Assembly: GCA_947479645.1 (NCBI GenBank)
Contig: CANKAJ010000001.1
Coordinates: 10,009 to 74,008 of the forward strand
Origin: Betaproteobacteria bacterium
GTDB taxonomy: Bacteria; Pseudomonadota; Gammaproteobacteria; Burkholderiales; SG8-39
Direction of reading: 5' to 3'
DNA length: 64,000 bases
Below, in pieces: positions 1 to 8,777 of this stretch (the first letter of the stretch is position 1; every line of letters begins with the position of its first letter). Made by a program: the position numbers and the translations under genes. The notes under the pieces are model-generated. The model saw only the letters and a list, made by a program, of their open reading frames with translations, did not search any database and had not been told where the DNA came from.

Positions 1-415
1 GGCGGGCGACGTGATCACCAACCTGATGGGCGGGCGCCTGGACTTCACCATCCTCGACATCGCCAGCGCGGCCCCGCAGTTTCCCTCGGGCAAGCTGCGC
101 GGCATCGCGGTGTCGAGCGACAAGCGCCATCCGGATTTCCCAAATATCCCGACCGTGGTGGAGAGCGGCTATCCGCAGTACGTGAACTTCCTGTGGAACG
201 GCTTCTTCGTGCGCGCGGAAACCCCCAACGACGTCACCAACCGCCTTGCCGATGCCATGCAGAAGGTGCTGCTTACACCTGAAAGCAAGGACTACGCATC
301 CAAGGTCTGGGCCGAAGTGCTGCCGCTTGGGCCGGCCGCCATGCGCAAGTACCACATCGACGACCTGGAAAACCTGAAGCGCGTAGCCAATGCGGTGGGG
401 ATCAAGCCGGAGTAG
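1..415 (+). CDS. Bug/TctC-family (tripartite tricarboxylate transporter) periplasmic substrate-binding protein, C-terminal part; 5' end outside window
   Basis: Frame open from the window edge (codons phased from nt 2) to TAG 413-415. The tail ...LENLKRVANAVGIKPE matches the conserved C-termini of the complete paralogs here (...WAQAAKIAGIKPE at 1521, ...WTKVISVAGIKPE at 25826). Confidence 0.85.
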   Translation, partial: AGDVITNLMGGRLDFTILDIASAAPQFPSGKLRGIAVSSDKRHPDFPNIPTVVESGYPQYVNFLWNGFFVRAETPNDVTNRLADAMQKVLLTPESKDYASKVWAEVLPLGPAAMRKYHIDDLENLKRVANAVGIKPE

Positions 416-570
416 GAGTAATTACAATGCCTATCGTTATTCCACAATGACGATGGGTATATCACGAAATTGATCATAAAATAATTTCATGCATGCCCTG
501 CACTGATGGAAAGGTAGCAGGCGGGGTTTTATCGAGCGACGAACCGGATTTCAGATAAGAGGAGCGGGAT

Positions 571-1521
571 ATGAAGTTCATGTTTTCCTTGGTTATTGCA
601 GGTGTCCTGATACAGCCCGTGCAGGCACAGGAATTTCCCTCAAAACCGATTCGCATCATCGTTCCGACTTCTCCTGGAGGCGGCTCTGATGTACTCGCGC
701 GGATTTTCTCCCCCGGGCTGGCCAAGGAAGTAAATCAACCCGTGCTGGTGGACAACCGACCGGGAGGGGGAGGGCTGTCAGGCATGGATTTCGTCGCGAA
801 GGCAGAACCAGACGGCTATATCCTGTTGATGGGCGCGTCCAATCTCGCCAGCGTCAGGTTGTTCAACCGTAGCGTGCCCTTCGATCCGCTGACCGACCTG
901 TCATCCATTTCCGCCCTGGTCGAATACGGAGCCGCCTTGGGCTCGCCCGTGGACGCGCCCTGGAAAAACTTCGGGGAAATGGTAGCCCATGCGAGGGCCA
1001 ATCCGGGCAAGCTCTCCTACGGACATCTGGGCAGCGGACTGGGCTACCTGTACACGGAAATGTTCAAGAACCAGTTGAAGCTGGACATCCTGCCGGTGGC
1101 CTACAAGAGCGGCGCAGACTACATCCTGGCCACCCTGAGGAACGAGGTCCAATTGTCCTGGCCCAATCTGGGCAATGCCATTTCCTACGCGAAGTCAGGA
1201 AGAATGAAGGTTCTCGGCGTGACCGGCGACAAGAGGGCGCCAGAACTGCCGGATGTGCCTGCCTTCTCCGAACTCGGGATCAGGAACATGGACAATTCCT
1301 ATTTCTCCCTGATGGGGCCGGGCAGGTTGACGAAGCCATTGATCAACCGTCTTTACAGGTACTCATGGGCAGCCATGAATGCCCTGGAAGTCAGGGAGGC
1401 AAGCACCAAGGCGGGTTTCCTGGTGCTGGCAAACAAGCCCGAGGAAATGCAGAAGATGCTGGAGACGCAGTCGAGGACCTGGGCCCAGGCGGCGAAGATC
1501 GCGGGCATCAAGCCGGAGTAG
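571..1521 (+). CDS. Bug/TctC-family periplasmic substrate-binding protein
   Basis: 316-aa ORF with GAGGAG 6 nt upstream of the ATG. Signal peptide MKFMFSLVIAGVLIQPVQA is followed by QEFPSKPIRIIVPTSPGGGSDV, the hallmark Bug N-terminal motif. Confidence 0.9.
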   Translation: MKFMFSLVIAGVLIQPVQAQEFPSKPIRIIVPTSPGGGSDVLARIFSPGLAKEVNQPVLVDNRPGGGGLSGMDFVAKAEPDGYILLMGASNLASVRLFNRSVPFDPLTDLSSISALVEYGAALGSPVDAPWKNFGEMVAHARANPGKLSYGHLGSGLGYLYTEMFKNQLKLDILPVAYKSGADYILATLRNEVQLSWPNLGNAISYAKSGRMKVLGVTGDKRAPELPDVPAFSELGIRNMDNSYFSLMGPGRLTKPLINRLYRYSWAAMNALEVREASTKAGFLVLANKPEEMQKMLETQSRTWAQAAKIAGIKPE

Positions 1522-1740
1522 TTGCGCCAGGATAAGCCTGGGAAAGGGGGAAGCAAGAAGGAGAAGATCGGAAACCTTTTGACGCACTCCAGAGGGTTTG
1601 CCTCCCTCCCGGCAAAGGCTAACCACAAGCCGAGACACCCTCGGCCCGACTGTCCTGATCGTTTGCCAAGGCGCATCCTTGCAACACCCGGGTGTGCAGG
1701 CCAGTAGTGAAATTCTACTGTCCCACTTACCCGCCATCCA

Positions 1741-3300
1741 TTACCGCCGTCGCGAACGCCGGGGTACAGGCACCAGGCCTGCCATCAACAATGCGTCAAG
1801 TTCATCCATCAAATCCGCACCAGAATCGTCCAGACAATAGTACCTAAGGTTTTGCTTAAGTTTGACCATATCCGTGAAATCCTGCAGGTCTTTATCGAGC
1901 GCACCTAGCTTGCTTTGCAGTTCGGTTATCTCGTTATCATGTGAGGCACGCACTTGCTGCGGCGATAACTCACTCACTGAATAGACGCCCAAGTTCTCCA
2001 TGAACGGCGCGAGCAACTCCTCCATCTCATCACGCAATCGCGCCAGTTGGTCGGTAAGCACAGTGTTGTAATGGACAATGCGTTCGTGCTCCATGCCGGC
2101 GAGGGCTGAGGAATTGATTTGCTCGATCTGTAATTGCAATTCAAGCAACTCGAGCAGATCGCCTTTGTTGTAAGCCTGATTCACTTTTTGCATCAACGCA
2201 GTTTTACGCTCACGCTCAGCCGGATCAGGCTCTCGATCGGGATGCAGATCCGAGGCGAGTTTACGATAAACCTCGCGCACGGATTTGGTTGCGTTTTGCG
2301 TCGCCTGAGTGCGTTGCGTCTCAAGTGCCGCTTTCGCGGCAGCTTTTTTTATATTTTTGGGATTATCTTTGCTCTTTTGTGCGCGCTTGGCTGCCTTGTC
2401 AGCGCGCCGCGCTTGACGTGCATCTTCCGCAGCGCGTACTTTGGTGGCGATGTGCGCAGCAATTTCGTCGGGTGTGCCGGTGAGTTCGTCATCGCTGAGA
2501 TTGACGCCAAACGTATCGCTCGCCATAGTCTTCAGTAAATCTGTACTATCTTGCTGCTCTTTTTCGAAAGAGACTCCATTGTATTTGTTATAAAGCTGCA
2601 CAAGCTCAGGTGTCTGTGCTGTTGTCAGCAGTTCGCGTAAAGTCCCACGCAAAATCGCAGCAACCTTGCGCCGTTCAGTTTTGTTGAGTCCTTTACCCAA
2701 CATTGCCGTATCCAAGAGTGCCACCATCGCCAGGCGTTTTTCGCGGAAAATGGCCAGCGCAGGCTCGACCTTTGTTAGGTAAACCTGGCGCATTTGTGGA
2801 ATAAATTCGCGCCATACCTCAAGCTCAACACGCGTGGTGCCAATCTGTGCGATCAGCTGGTTGAACTTCTTTTGCTCGCGGCTTAATGTCCGACTGCAAC
2901 CGTGCACCCCAATGGGGACCAAACCCTGCGGCTCAGGGGCATTTCCAAATAATGATTTTTGCACGGCAATATCAAGAACTGGATAAAAATTATTCGGCGG
3001 ACTCGGCGCTGAAGCGCAACGGCTCCAGGAGGTGTCCCGTTCGTAGGGGAGGATTTGATCAGGCGGCAGTATGATTATGCGGCCTTTTGGAGTTGATGGA
3101 TAGTAGGCCGAAGAGCGTGAACGTGAGTAGAAATATCTAGGCGGCCGGCGGTGTGCGGGTTCGGGCTGGAGCGGTTGTTCTGCGGCTGGATGAAACAGGA
3201 GCAGGACTGGTGTCTTGCCGTCCATGACCTGTCGGGCGCCAGGCCGGCGACCGAGCGTGTGGCATTCCCGCGTCGCGCGCACTGCGCCACTGCGAAGCAA
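1741..3300 (-). CDS. J-domain (DnaJ-like) protein with Lys/Ala-rich and coiled-coil regions; start uncertain
   Basis: Contains VREVYRKLASDLHPDREPDPAERERKTALMQKVNQAYNKGDLLEL, a J-domain with the HPD tripeptide. The maximal ORF starts at TTG 3300. The first ATG is at 3225 and a GTG at 2964 gives 407 aa. No convincing RBS at any of them. Confidence 0.7.
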   Translation of the reverse strand: MLRSGAVRATRECHTLGRRPGARQVMDGKTPVLLLFHPAAEQPLQPEPAHRRPPRYFYSRSRSSAYYPSTPKGRIIILPPDQILPYERDTSWSRCASAPSPPNNFYPVLDIAVQKSLFGNAPEPQGLVPIGVHGCSRTLSREQKKFNQLIAQIGTTRVELEVWREFIPQMRQVYLTKVEPALAIFREKRLAMVALLDTAMLGKGLNKTERRKVAAILRGTLRELLTTAQTPELVQLYNKYNGVSFEKEQQDSTDLLKTMASDTFGVNLSDDELTGTPDEIAAHIATKVRAAEDARQARRADKAAKRAQKSKDNPKNIKKAAAKAALETQRTQATQNATKSVREVYRKLASDLHPDREPDPAERERKTALMQKVNQAYNKGDLLELLELQLQIEQINSSALAGMEHERIVHYNTVLTDQLARLRDEMEELLAPFMENLGVYSVSELSPQQVRASHDNEITELQSKLGALDKDLQDFTDMVKLKQNLRYYCLDDSGADLMDELDALLMAGLVPVPRRSRRR

Positions 3301-3321
3301 TGGCGCGGTGCGCAGGATAAA

Positions 3322-4377
3322 TCAGTGTTCGCCCGGCATCCTGACCTTCGCCATGGTCAGCGGATTGCCATAACTGGCCAGATAGGAGAGGTGATATGCC
3401 TCCGGCCCACCGGCCACGATGATGGCAATATCTTCTGCGCGCTTGCAGATGCAAACCCTGTCCCCATCGAACTTCTGCTCGCTCGATACGGCCATTATGC
3501 GGGGCTCAGCCGGAAAGTCAGCCAGCGGCACCTTGGTGTGCTCGAACAGCCATTCCCTGATGCGCGCCTTGGACCAGCCCGCCTCATGGAATATGTCGGC
3601 ATGCCGGGGCGTCAGAATGACAGTGGGATTACCATCACCCTTAAAGTAGCTGTTGGTGCCCCACACCGCCATGGCATTGACTAGCATTCCGAGAATGCTC
3701 TCCGGCTTCAGGTAGGCAGCAACCACGCTTTGGGTCCCCTGGCAGGCGATTACCGTGACCGTGCTGTCCTCCGGACGAAACCCCCGCTCCACATGGAAGG
3801 CCTCCCAGGGGCTCTCCTCCTCCAGTTCGCCCGTGCAGAACGTGTACTTGCCGGGAAAACCATGCGTTGCCTTGTCAATCTCGCCCGGTATTGCACCACC
3901 CAGATTGAGCATGGCTAGCCTCACGGCGCGCCCTATCGTGGCATTGGCCCGCCAGCCTGGCCCCAGCGCACCGCGTCCGCCATTCACACCAATCAGGCGC
4001 CGGATCGGTCCATTGATAAGCACAAATGGCGCCACCGGATTGGTAGTGGTCTGCACCCCAAGCAGAAGAAACGCCGGTTGTGCCAGTGCTTCGACGGCGG
4101 CGATGACCACCGGGAGATATTCTGGAAGGCAGCCCGCCATTACGGCATTGATGGCGATATTCTCAACGGTAGCAAGGCCACCACCGGGCGCCATGCGGGC
4201 GATTTTCAAGTCTGGTGGCAACTGCACATGATCAATCATGCGCGCGACCCGTTCACGGGTCGGGGCTATCACAGGCAGGCCGTCGGTCCAGCCGCGCTCA
4301 TACATGTCGCTAAACGCCGCATCCATGTCGTCGTCGACAATGATGCTCCTCCCCGTGAGACGATCCCGCACGGACAT
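3322..4377 (-). CDS. conserved protein of unknown function (351 aa); family not recognised
   Basis: Long ORF in a GC-rich stretch, starting 8 nt after the stop of the upstream Bug gene on the same strand. Motifs GWTDGLPVIAPT, VENIAINAVMAGC, TTTNPVAPFVLINGP. I cannot assign a family from memory. Confidence 0.7.
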   Translation of the reverse strand: MSVRDRLTGRSIIVDDDMDAAFSDMYERGWTDGLPVIAPTRERVARMIDHVQLPPDLKIARMAPGGGLATVENIAINAVMAGCLPEYLPVVIAAVEALAQPAFLLLGVQTTTNPVAPFVLINGPIRRLIGVNGGRGALGPGWRANATIGRAVRLAMLNLGGAIPGEIDKATHGFPGKYTFCTGELEEESPWEAFHVERGFRPEDSTVTVIACQGTQSVVAAYLKPESILGMLVNAMAVWGTNSYFKGDGNPTVILTPRHADIFHEAGWSKARIREWLFEHTKVPLADFPAEPRIMAVSSEQKFDGDRVCICKRAEDIAIIVAGGPEAYHLSYLASYGNPLTMAKVRMPGEH

Positions 4378-4385
4378 AAGGTTCC

Positions 4386-5369
4386 TCAGTTCTCGAGCCT
4401 GATATTGGCGTTCCTGACAATGCGGGCAAACTTCTCCATGTCTGACTTGATCAGCGCCGCGAATTTTTCAGGGGTGCCCGGCAGAGGATCGAGGCCTTGG
4501 GCACCCAGCTTTTCCTTCACATCGGCCAGCGCCTGGATGCGATTGAGTTCATCGGAGACTTTGCGGATCAGATCCTTGGGAGTGGCCGCCGGCATCAATA
4601 TGCCAAACCAGTTGGTCGATTCGAAATTGGGCATTCCGGCCTCGGCGAAGGTGGGCATATCGGGCAGCGCATCGAGGCGGTTTTTGCCTGATATGGCAAT
4701 CGGCTTCAGCTTGCCGGCCTTGATCTGCGCCAGGACATTGATGGGTTGCGCGAACGCAAACTGCACATCTCCTGCCACCAGGGCCGTGGCAGCCGGGGCG
4801 CCGCCCTTGAAAGGAATATGGGTAGATTTCACCCCGGCGAGGGAATTGAACAACTCCCCGGAAAGGTGCCCCAGGCCGCCGGCACCTGGCGAGGCGTAGT
4901 TCAATTGGCCTGGATGGGATTTGGCATAAGCGATAAAGTCCTTGAGAGTGGCCGCCCGCACCGAAGGATGCACGACCAGCATGAAGTCGCTGGTACAGAT
5001 GGTGGTAACCGGGGCGAAGTCGTTGACCGGATCGTAGGGTAGCTTGCTCAATTGTGGATTGATGGCGTGCGTGTTGGCCACCAGAAGCATGGTATAGCCA
5101 TCGGGTGGTGCCTTGGTGAGCGCCTCGGAGCCGATGATGGTGTTGCCCCCGGGCTTGTAGTCGTTGATGAGGGGCTGTCCCCAGGACTCCTGCATTCTTT
5201 GCGCATAGATGCGGATCACATTGTCCGTGCTTCCGCCAGGACCATAGGGAACTATCATCCGTATGGGTTTGCTCGGGTAATTCTGCTGCGCCTGCCCATT
5301 GCCGGATGCAATGAGGGACATTGCGAATATCCAGGCCGGGCCGATAGTTGTAAAAACCGATTTTTTCAT
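4386..5369 (-). CDS. Bug/TctC-family periplasmic substrate-binding protein
   Basis: The ORF track opens at 5429. I prefer ATG 5369 (MKKSVFTTIGPAWIFAMSLIASGNGQA) because GGAGGAG lies immediately upstream. The mature part starts QQNYPSKPIRMIVPYGPGGSTD. Confidence 0.9.
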   Translation of the reverse strand: MKKSVFTTIGPAWIFAMSLIASGNGQAQQNYPSKPIRMIVPYGPGGSTDNVIRIYAQRMQESWGQPLINDYKPGGNTIIGSEALTKAPPDGYTMLLVANTHAINPQLSKLPYDPVNDFAPVTTICTSDFMLVVHPSVRAATLKDFIAYAKSHPGQLNYASPGAGGLGHLSGELFNSLAGVKSTHIPFKGGAPAATALVAGDVQFAFAQPINVLAQIKAGKLKPIAISGKNRLDALPDMPTFAEAGMPNFESTNWFGILMPAATPKDLIRKVSDELNRIQALADVKEKLGAQGLDPLPGTPEKFAALIKSDMEKFARIVRNANIRLEN

Positions 5370-5647
5370 TTGCTCCTCCATTGGAGGAATACACATTACC
5401 ACTTCATGCCTGCCTGCCGAAAATGACATATCGCCGTCATCTGGGATGGCAAAGCAGGTTCACTCAGTCACCTACTGAAAAATCGAGGGGAAGCGATGTC
5501 ACGCATCACCTATACGCCGCCTCCGACTCCTCACCACCGGTCATCATGATTGTCGTTCAACCAGCCAAGATGATTGGCGCCGGCACCAGATCAGACGGCG
5601 ACTGCCACAGCAATGCGATGACGCTTCAAGCTAGGCTGTTGCAGTGG

Positions 5648-6376
5648 TCAACCTGACTGCGATATTTTCACCTGCTCCAGGGTCAGACGAAATCCTATAC
5701 CTCGAAGTCCGATGATGGCGTTTTCTTCTCCACTCGCTTCGGTCAGTTTTTTGCGAAGATGAGAGATATGCACTTCCAGTGTGCGGCTCAATAGATCCCA
5801 ATCCCGTCCATAGATACGCCTGAACAATTCTTCACGAGCCAGGGTTTGGTTGTCGGCGTTCACCAGGGCGCAAAGGATTGTCACCTCCATCTCGGTTAAA
5901 TGGACTAGGCTCCCTTCGGAGTTAAGGAGTCGCTTCTCATGCACTTCGAACTTTACATTTCCCAATTGAATTTTGCATAGGCGCGACTGCTGAGTCTTTG
6001 ATGCTCCGTGGCGCAAAGCGTTTCTTATTCGTGCACGCAGCACCTCCGGCTGAAAGGGCTTGGTCACATAGTCGTCCCCACCTACATTGAGGCCTTTGAC
6101 AATCATTTCTTCCGACAAGTTTCCGGATAGAAATATCAGCGGAAGACTGGATCTGTTACGAATCTGCTGGGCAATGGATATGCCATCCTCTTCGGGCAGC
6201 CCGATATCGAGCACAATAACATCGACTTCTGCCTTGTCTACCATTCGGCACAATTGTGCACCGTTGCTTGCAAATACGACCTCAAATTCTTTCTCAAGAA
6301 TGAAGCGAAGAAGCTTGCACACATCAGCAGAGTCTTCGAGGATAACGACGCTTTTTTTTGGGGATTCTCTATTCAT
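5648..6376 (-). CDS. OmpR/PhoB-family (TctD-like) response regulator, no adjacent sensor kinase
   Basis: Receiver domain with VILEDS acidic pocket, VIVLDIGLP phospho-acceptor Asp, LIFLSG and YVTKPF. C-terminal winged-helix region ...LTEMEVTILCALV...LEVHISHLRKKL...GIGFRL. Confidence 0.9.
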   Translation of the reverse strand: MNRESPKKSVVILEDSADVCKLLRFILEKEFEVVFASNGAQLCRMVDKAEVDVIVLDIGLPEEDGISIAQQIRNRSSLPLIFLSGNLSEEMIVKGLNVGGDDYVTKPFQPEVLRARIRNALRHGASKTQQSRLCKIQLGNVKFEVHEKRLLNSEGSLVHLTEMEVTILCALVNADNQTLAREELFRRIYGRDWDLLSRTLEVHISHLRKKLTEASGEENAIIGLRGIGFRLTLEQVKISQSG

Positions 6377-6929
6377 GTCAAATCACTGTTTGCGAAGAAT
6401 TTTAGTGCAGCACCGGCACTGATAGAAGATTTCGAGGTCATTTTTTCTTCGAAACGGATCGTGTTCAGGTTTTGCGAGAGGCCAGTGGTGAAATTCCAAT
6501 GGTCTACTCACTCGGGGAGACGAATTCGTGAATTGCGCCCGCTCGGATCCTTGCGGGGGGGACGGGTAACCGGCATTCCTGCGGCGATCTCAACTGCTTC
6601 ATGACACCCCTTGAAGTCCGTCAGGCTTATCCTGAACTAATGAAGGCCTGAGTTGCAAAAGCGTGTCCAGACAATCTGGAGGCGGTACAGCGATAGATCA
6701 TTATGAACCGCTGACAAATTACATCCAGTGCTGGACAACCTAACTCTGTGTCCAGGTGGAACTTGAAAATTTAAAATTTGTAACGCGCGGCGGAGTGATT
6801 CGCTGGCGACTAACGCGCACTCGGCCCCAAGCAATGCAGTTGAATCCGGGTAGCGCGCGTTAGATCAGTGTCTGCAGATCAGGGGAACCCTCCGAGGGCT
6901 TCAGTTTGATGTCCGCAAGAGTTAGTAAC

Positions 6930-7916
6930 CTATTCTTCCAGCTTCAGGGCAGCATCAGCGACTACTTTCTTCCAGCTACCGAGTTCCGTGGCGATGTGCT
7001 GCCGGAATTGCTCGGTTGTGCTGCCAACGGCAATGCTGCCCTGTTTATCCAGCCCAGCCACGATTTCCGGCGATTTGACGGTCTTCACGAAAGCGTCGTT
7101 CAGCCGGGCAATAATTGGCGCAGGCGTGCCGCCAGCGCCGAGAACGCCAATCCAGCTCGCGTAGTTATATCCGGGCACGCCCTGTTCAGACACACTGGGA
7201 AGGTCCGGCAACTGCTTGCTCCGCGGATCGCTCATGATGGCAAGCGGTTTTACCTTGCCCGCCTTAATGAGCGGCAATGTCGCAACCAGCAGTCCTGTAC
7301 CAACATCCACGCGTCCAGCCTGTACTTCCAGAAGAAGTGGCCCGGTGCCCTTGTGGTGCACGAAGGTAACCTGGGTGTTGTTCAAGGAATGCAGCCAGGC
7401 ACCTGCCAGATGGCTGATGGCCCCGGCACCGGCCGTTCCGTAATTGATCTTGCCCGGATTGGCCCGCGCATAGGCCAGATACTCCACCAGATTCTTGGCA
7501 GGGAAGTCGGGGCGCGCGGTGATCACCGACTGCTGATTGCTCATCAGCGTGATGGGGGCGAGGTCCTTCTGTACGTCGAAATTGAGGGAATTGTAGAAGG
7601 CCGGAAAAACAGTAAGGCCGGTCGAGATGATCAGGATGTTGTAGCCATCAGGCCGGGACCTGGCGACAAAGCCCGCCCCCGTCGTATTGCCTGCGCCGGG
7701 CTTGTAGTCGATCACCACCGACTGGCCAAGCAGGTTCGTGAGCTTGGGCGTGTACATGCGTGCCTCCAGGTCCACCGCGCCGCCGGGTGCAAAAGGCACC
7801 ACCATGGTGATGGGGCGTACGGGATAAGGTGGCGCTGAACCCTGGGCGAGGGCGAAGGTCATGCTTCCGTGCAATAGGGTGAGGACGAGCGGGATTTGCA
7901 GGAACGCATACTTCAC
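6930..7916 (-). CDS. Bug/TctC-family periplasmic substrate-binding protein
   Basis: GTG start preceded by AAGGAG. Signal peptide MKYAFLQIPLVLTLLHGSMTFALA, then YPVRPITMVVPFAPGGAVD. Tail ...WKKVVADAALKLEE. Confidence 0.9.
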   Translation of the reverse strand: MKYAFLQIPLVLTLLHGSMTFALAQGSAPPYPVRPITMVVPFAPGGAVDLEARMYTPKLTNLLGQSVVIDYKPGAGNTTGAGFVARSRPDGYNILIISTGLTVFPAFYNSLNFDVQKDLAPITLMSNQQSVITARPDFPAKNLVEYLAYARANPGKINYGTAGAGAISHLAGAWLHSLNNTQVTFVHHKGTGPLLLEVQAGRVDVGTGLLVATLPLIKAGKVKPLAIMSDPRSKQLPDLPSVSEQGVPGYNYASWIGVLGAGGTPAPIIARLNDAFVKTVKSPEIVAGLDKQGSIAVGSTTEQFRQHIATELGSWKKVVADAALKLEE

Positions 7917-8365
7917 GGCTTTCTCCTTTTGTTATTTACGTTATTGCGAAACAGTTTCTAGCTTACTCCAGACTCGGGAGTAATGCCGAGTCAAACCACA
8001 CCATGATCAGTGCGAAAGCTGATGTTTCTTCTCTTCACCAACTTGACTTCGACGATACCAATTTCATTTTCGTGGTGATGCCGGCAACGTCGAGCCGACA
8101 AACATTCAGGGGGCGCTCCTGCAAGCGGAATGAGAGCCTTCGATAGTTCTCGCAGTCGGCAAGTACGAGTAGTGAGAATCAACGTGTTGATGACTTCAGC
8201 CGTCTACTCCTACATTCCCTCGCAGTGGTGAAATTGCAATGCCCGAAGGGCCAGGGTAGCGCTATGGACCTATTTTAAAGTACCCCACAGCGGGATAGTC
8301 TTCTGGAAACCGGGGATGACCTAGTGATGTTAGGATTTGATGCTATTAAAAGTCGAGGGATATGC

Positions 8366-8589
8366 ATGTCTATTCTTGAGGAATCGCCAGTTCTTGTCGT
8401 ATCGAATAAGGGCACGCGTGGTGTAAAGGGGACGCTACTTGCTGCATTGACCGCGGCCGTGGGCATTGCGGCTTTGCCATCCCCATCCATTGCTCAGACG
8501 TTTCCAACCCATCGGTCACGAAATTCGTTGCCGACGAATACATCAAATGGGGAAATATTGTCCGAGACGCAAAGATCCAGTTCGATTGA
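8366..8589 (+). pseudogene. Bug/TctC-family gene remnant (signal peptide + C-terminal tail; central ~270 codons missing)
   Basis: The frame from ATG 8366 (or 8324) reads MSILEESPVLVVSNKGTRGVKGTLLAALTAAVGIAALPSPSIAQTFPT, a signal peptide plus the AQxFP start of mature Bug proteins, then runs into unrelated sequence. A different frame (8497-8589) reads DVSNPSVTKFVADEYIKWGNIVRDAKIQFD*, a Bug-type tail (compare FAAFMKKEVEIWAPVIRENNIKPD at 9743). Confidence 0.5.
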
Positions 8590-8777
8590 TCTCGGTGCAA
8601 CCGCCAAAACATGAGCGGGCGGCCTGGTTTGTCGGCGGCTGATATTTTCGTGTGATTATGTCGTCCGCTCGAGCTAGATATGCCTGCAGTGCAATATCAA
8701 TTCCCGATATTGTCAGTTTTACGCGGTTGCGGAATTTTGTTGAATTTGAGACAAGCAGATTCTAAAAGGAAGATGTT

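Noticed and set aside
8324-8614. 96-aa ORF that looks like a small secreted protein
   Set aside because: Reinterpreted as a chimera of a Bug signal peptide and out-of-frame sequence; see the pseudogene call. It is not supported as a genuine small protein.
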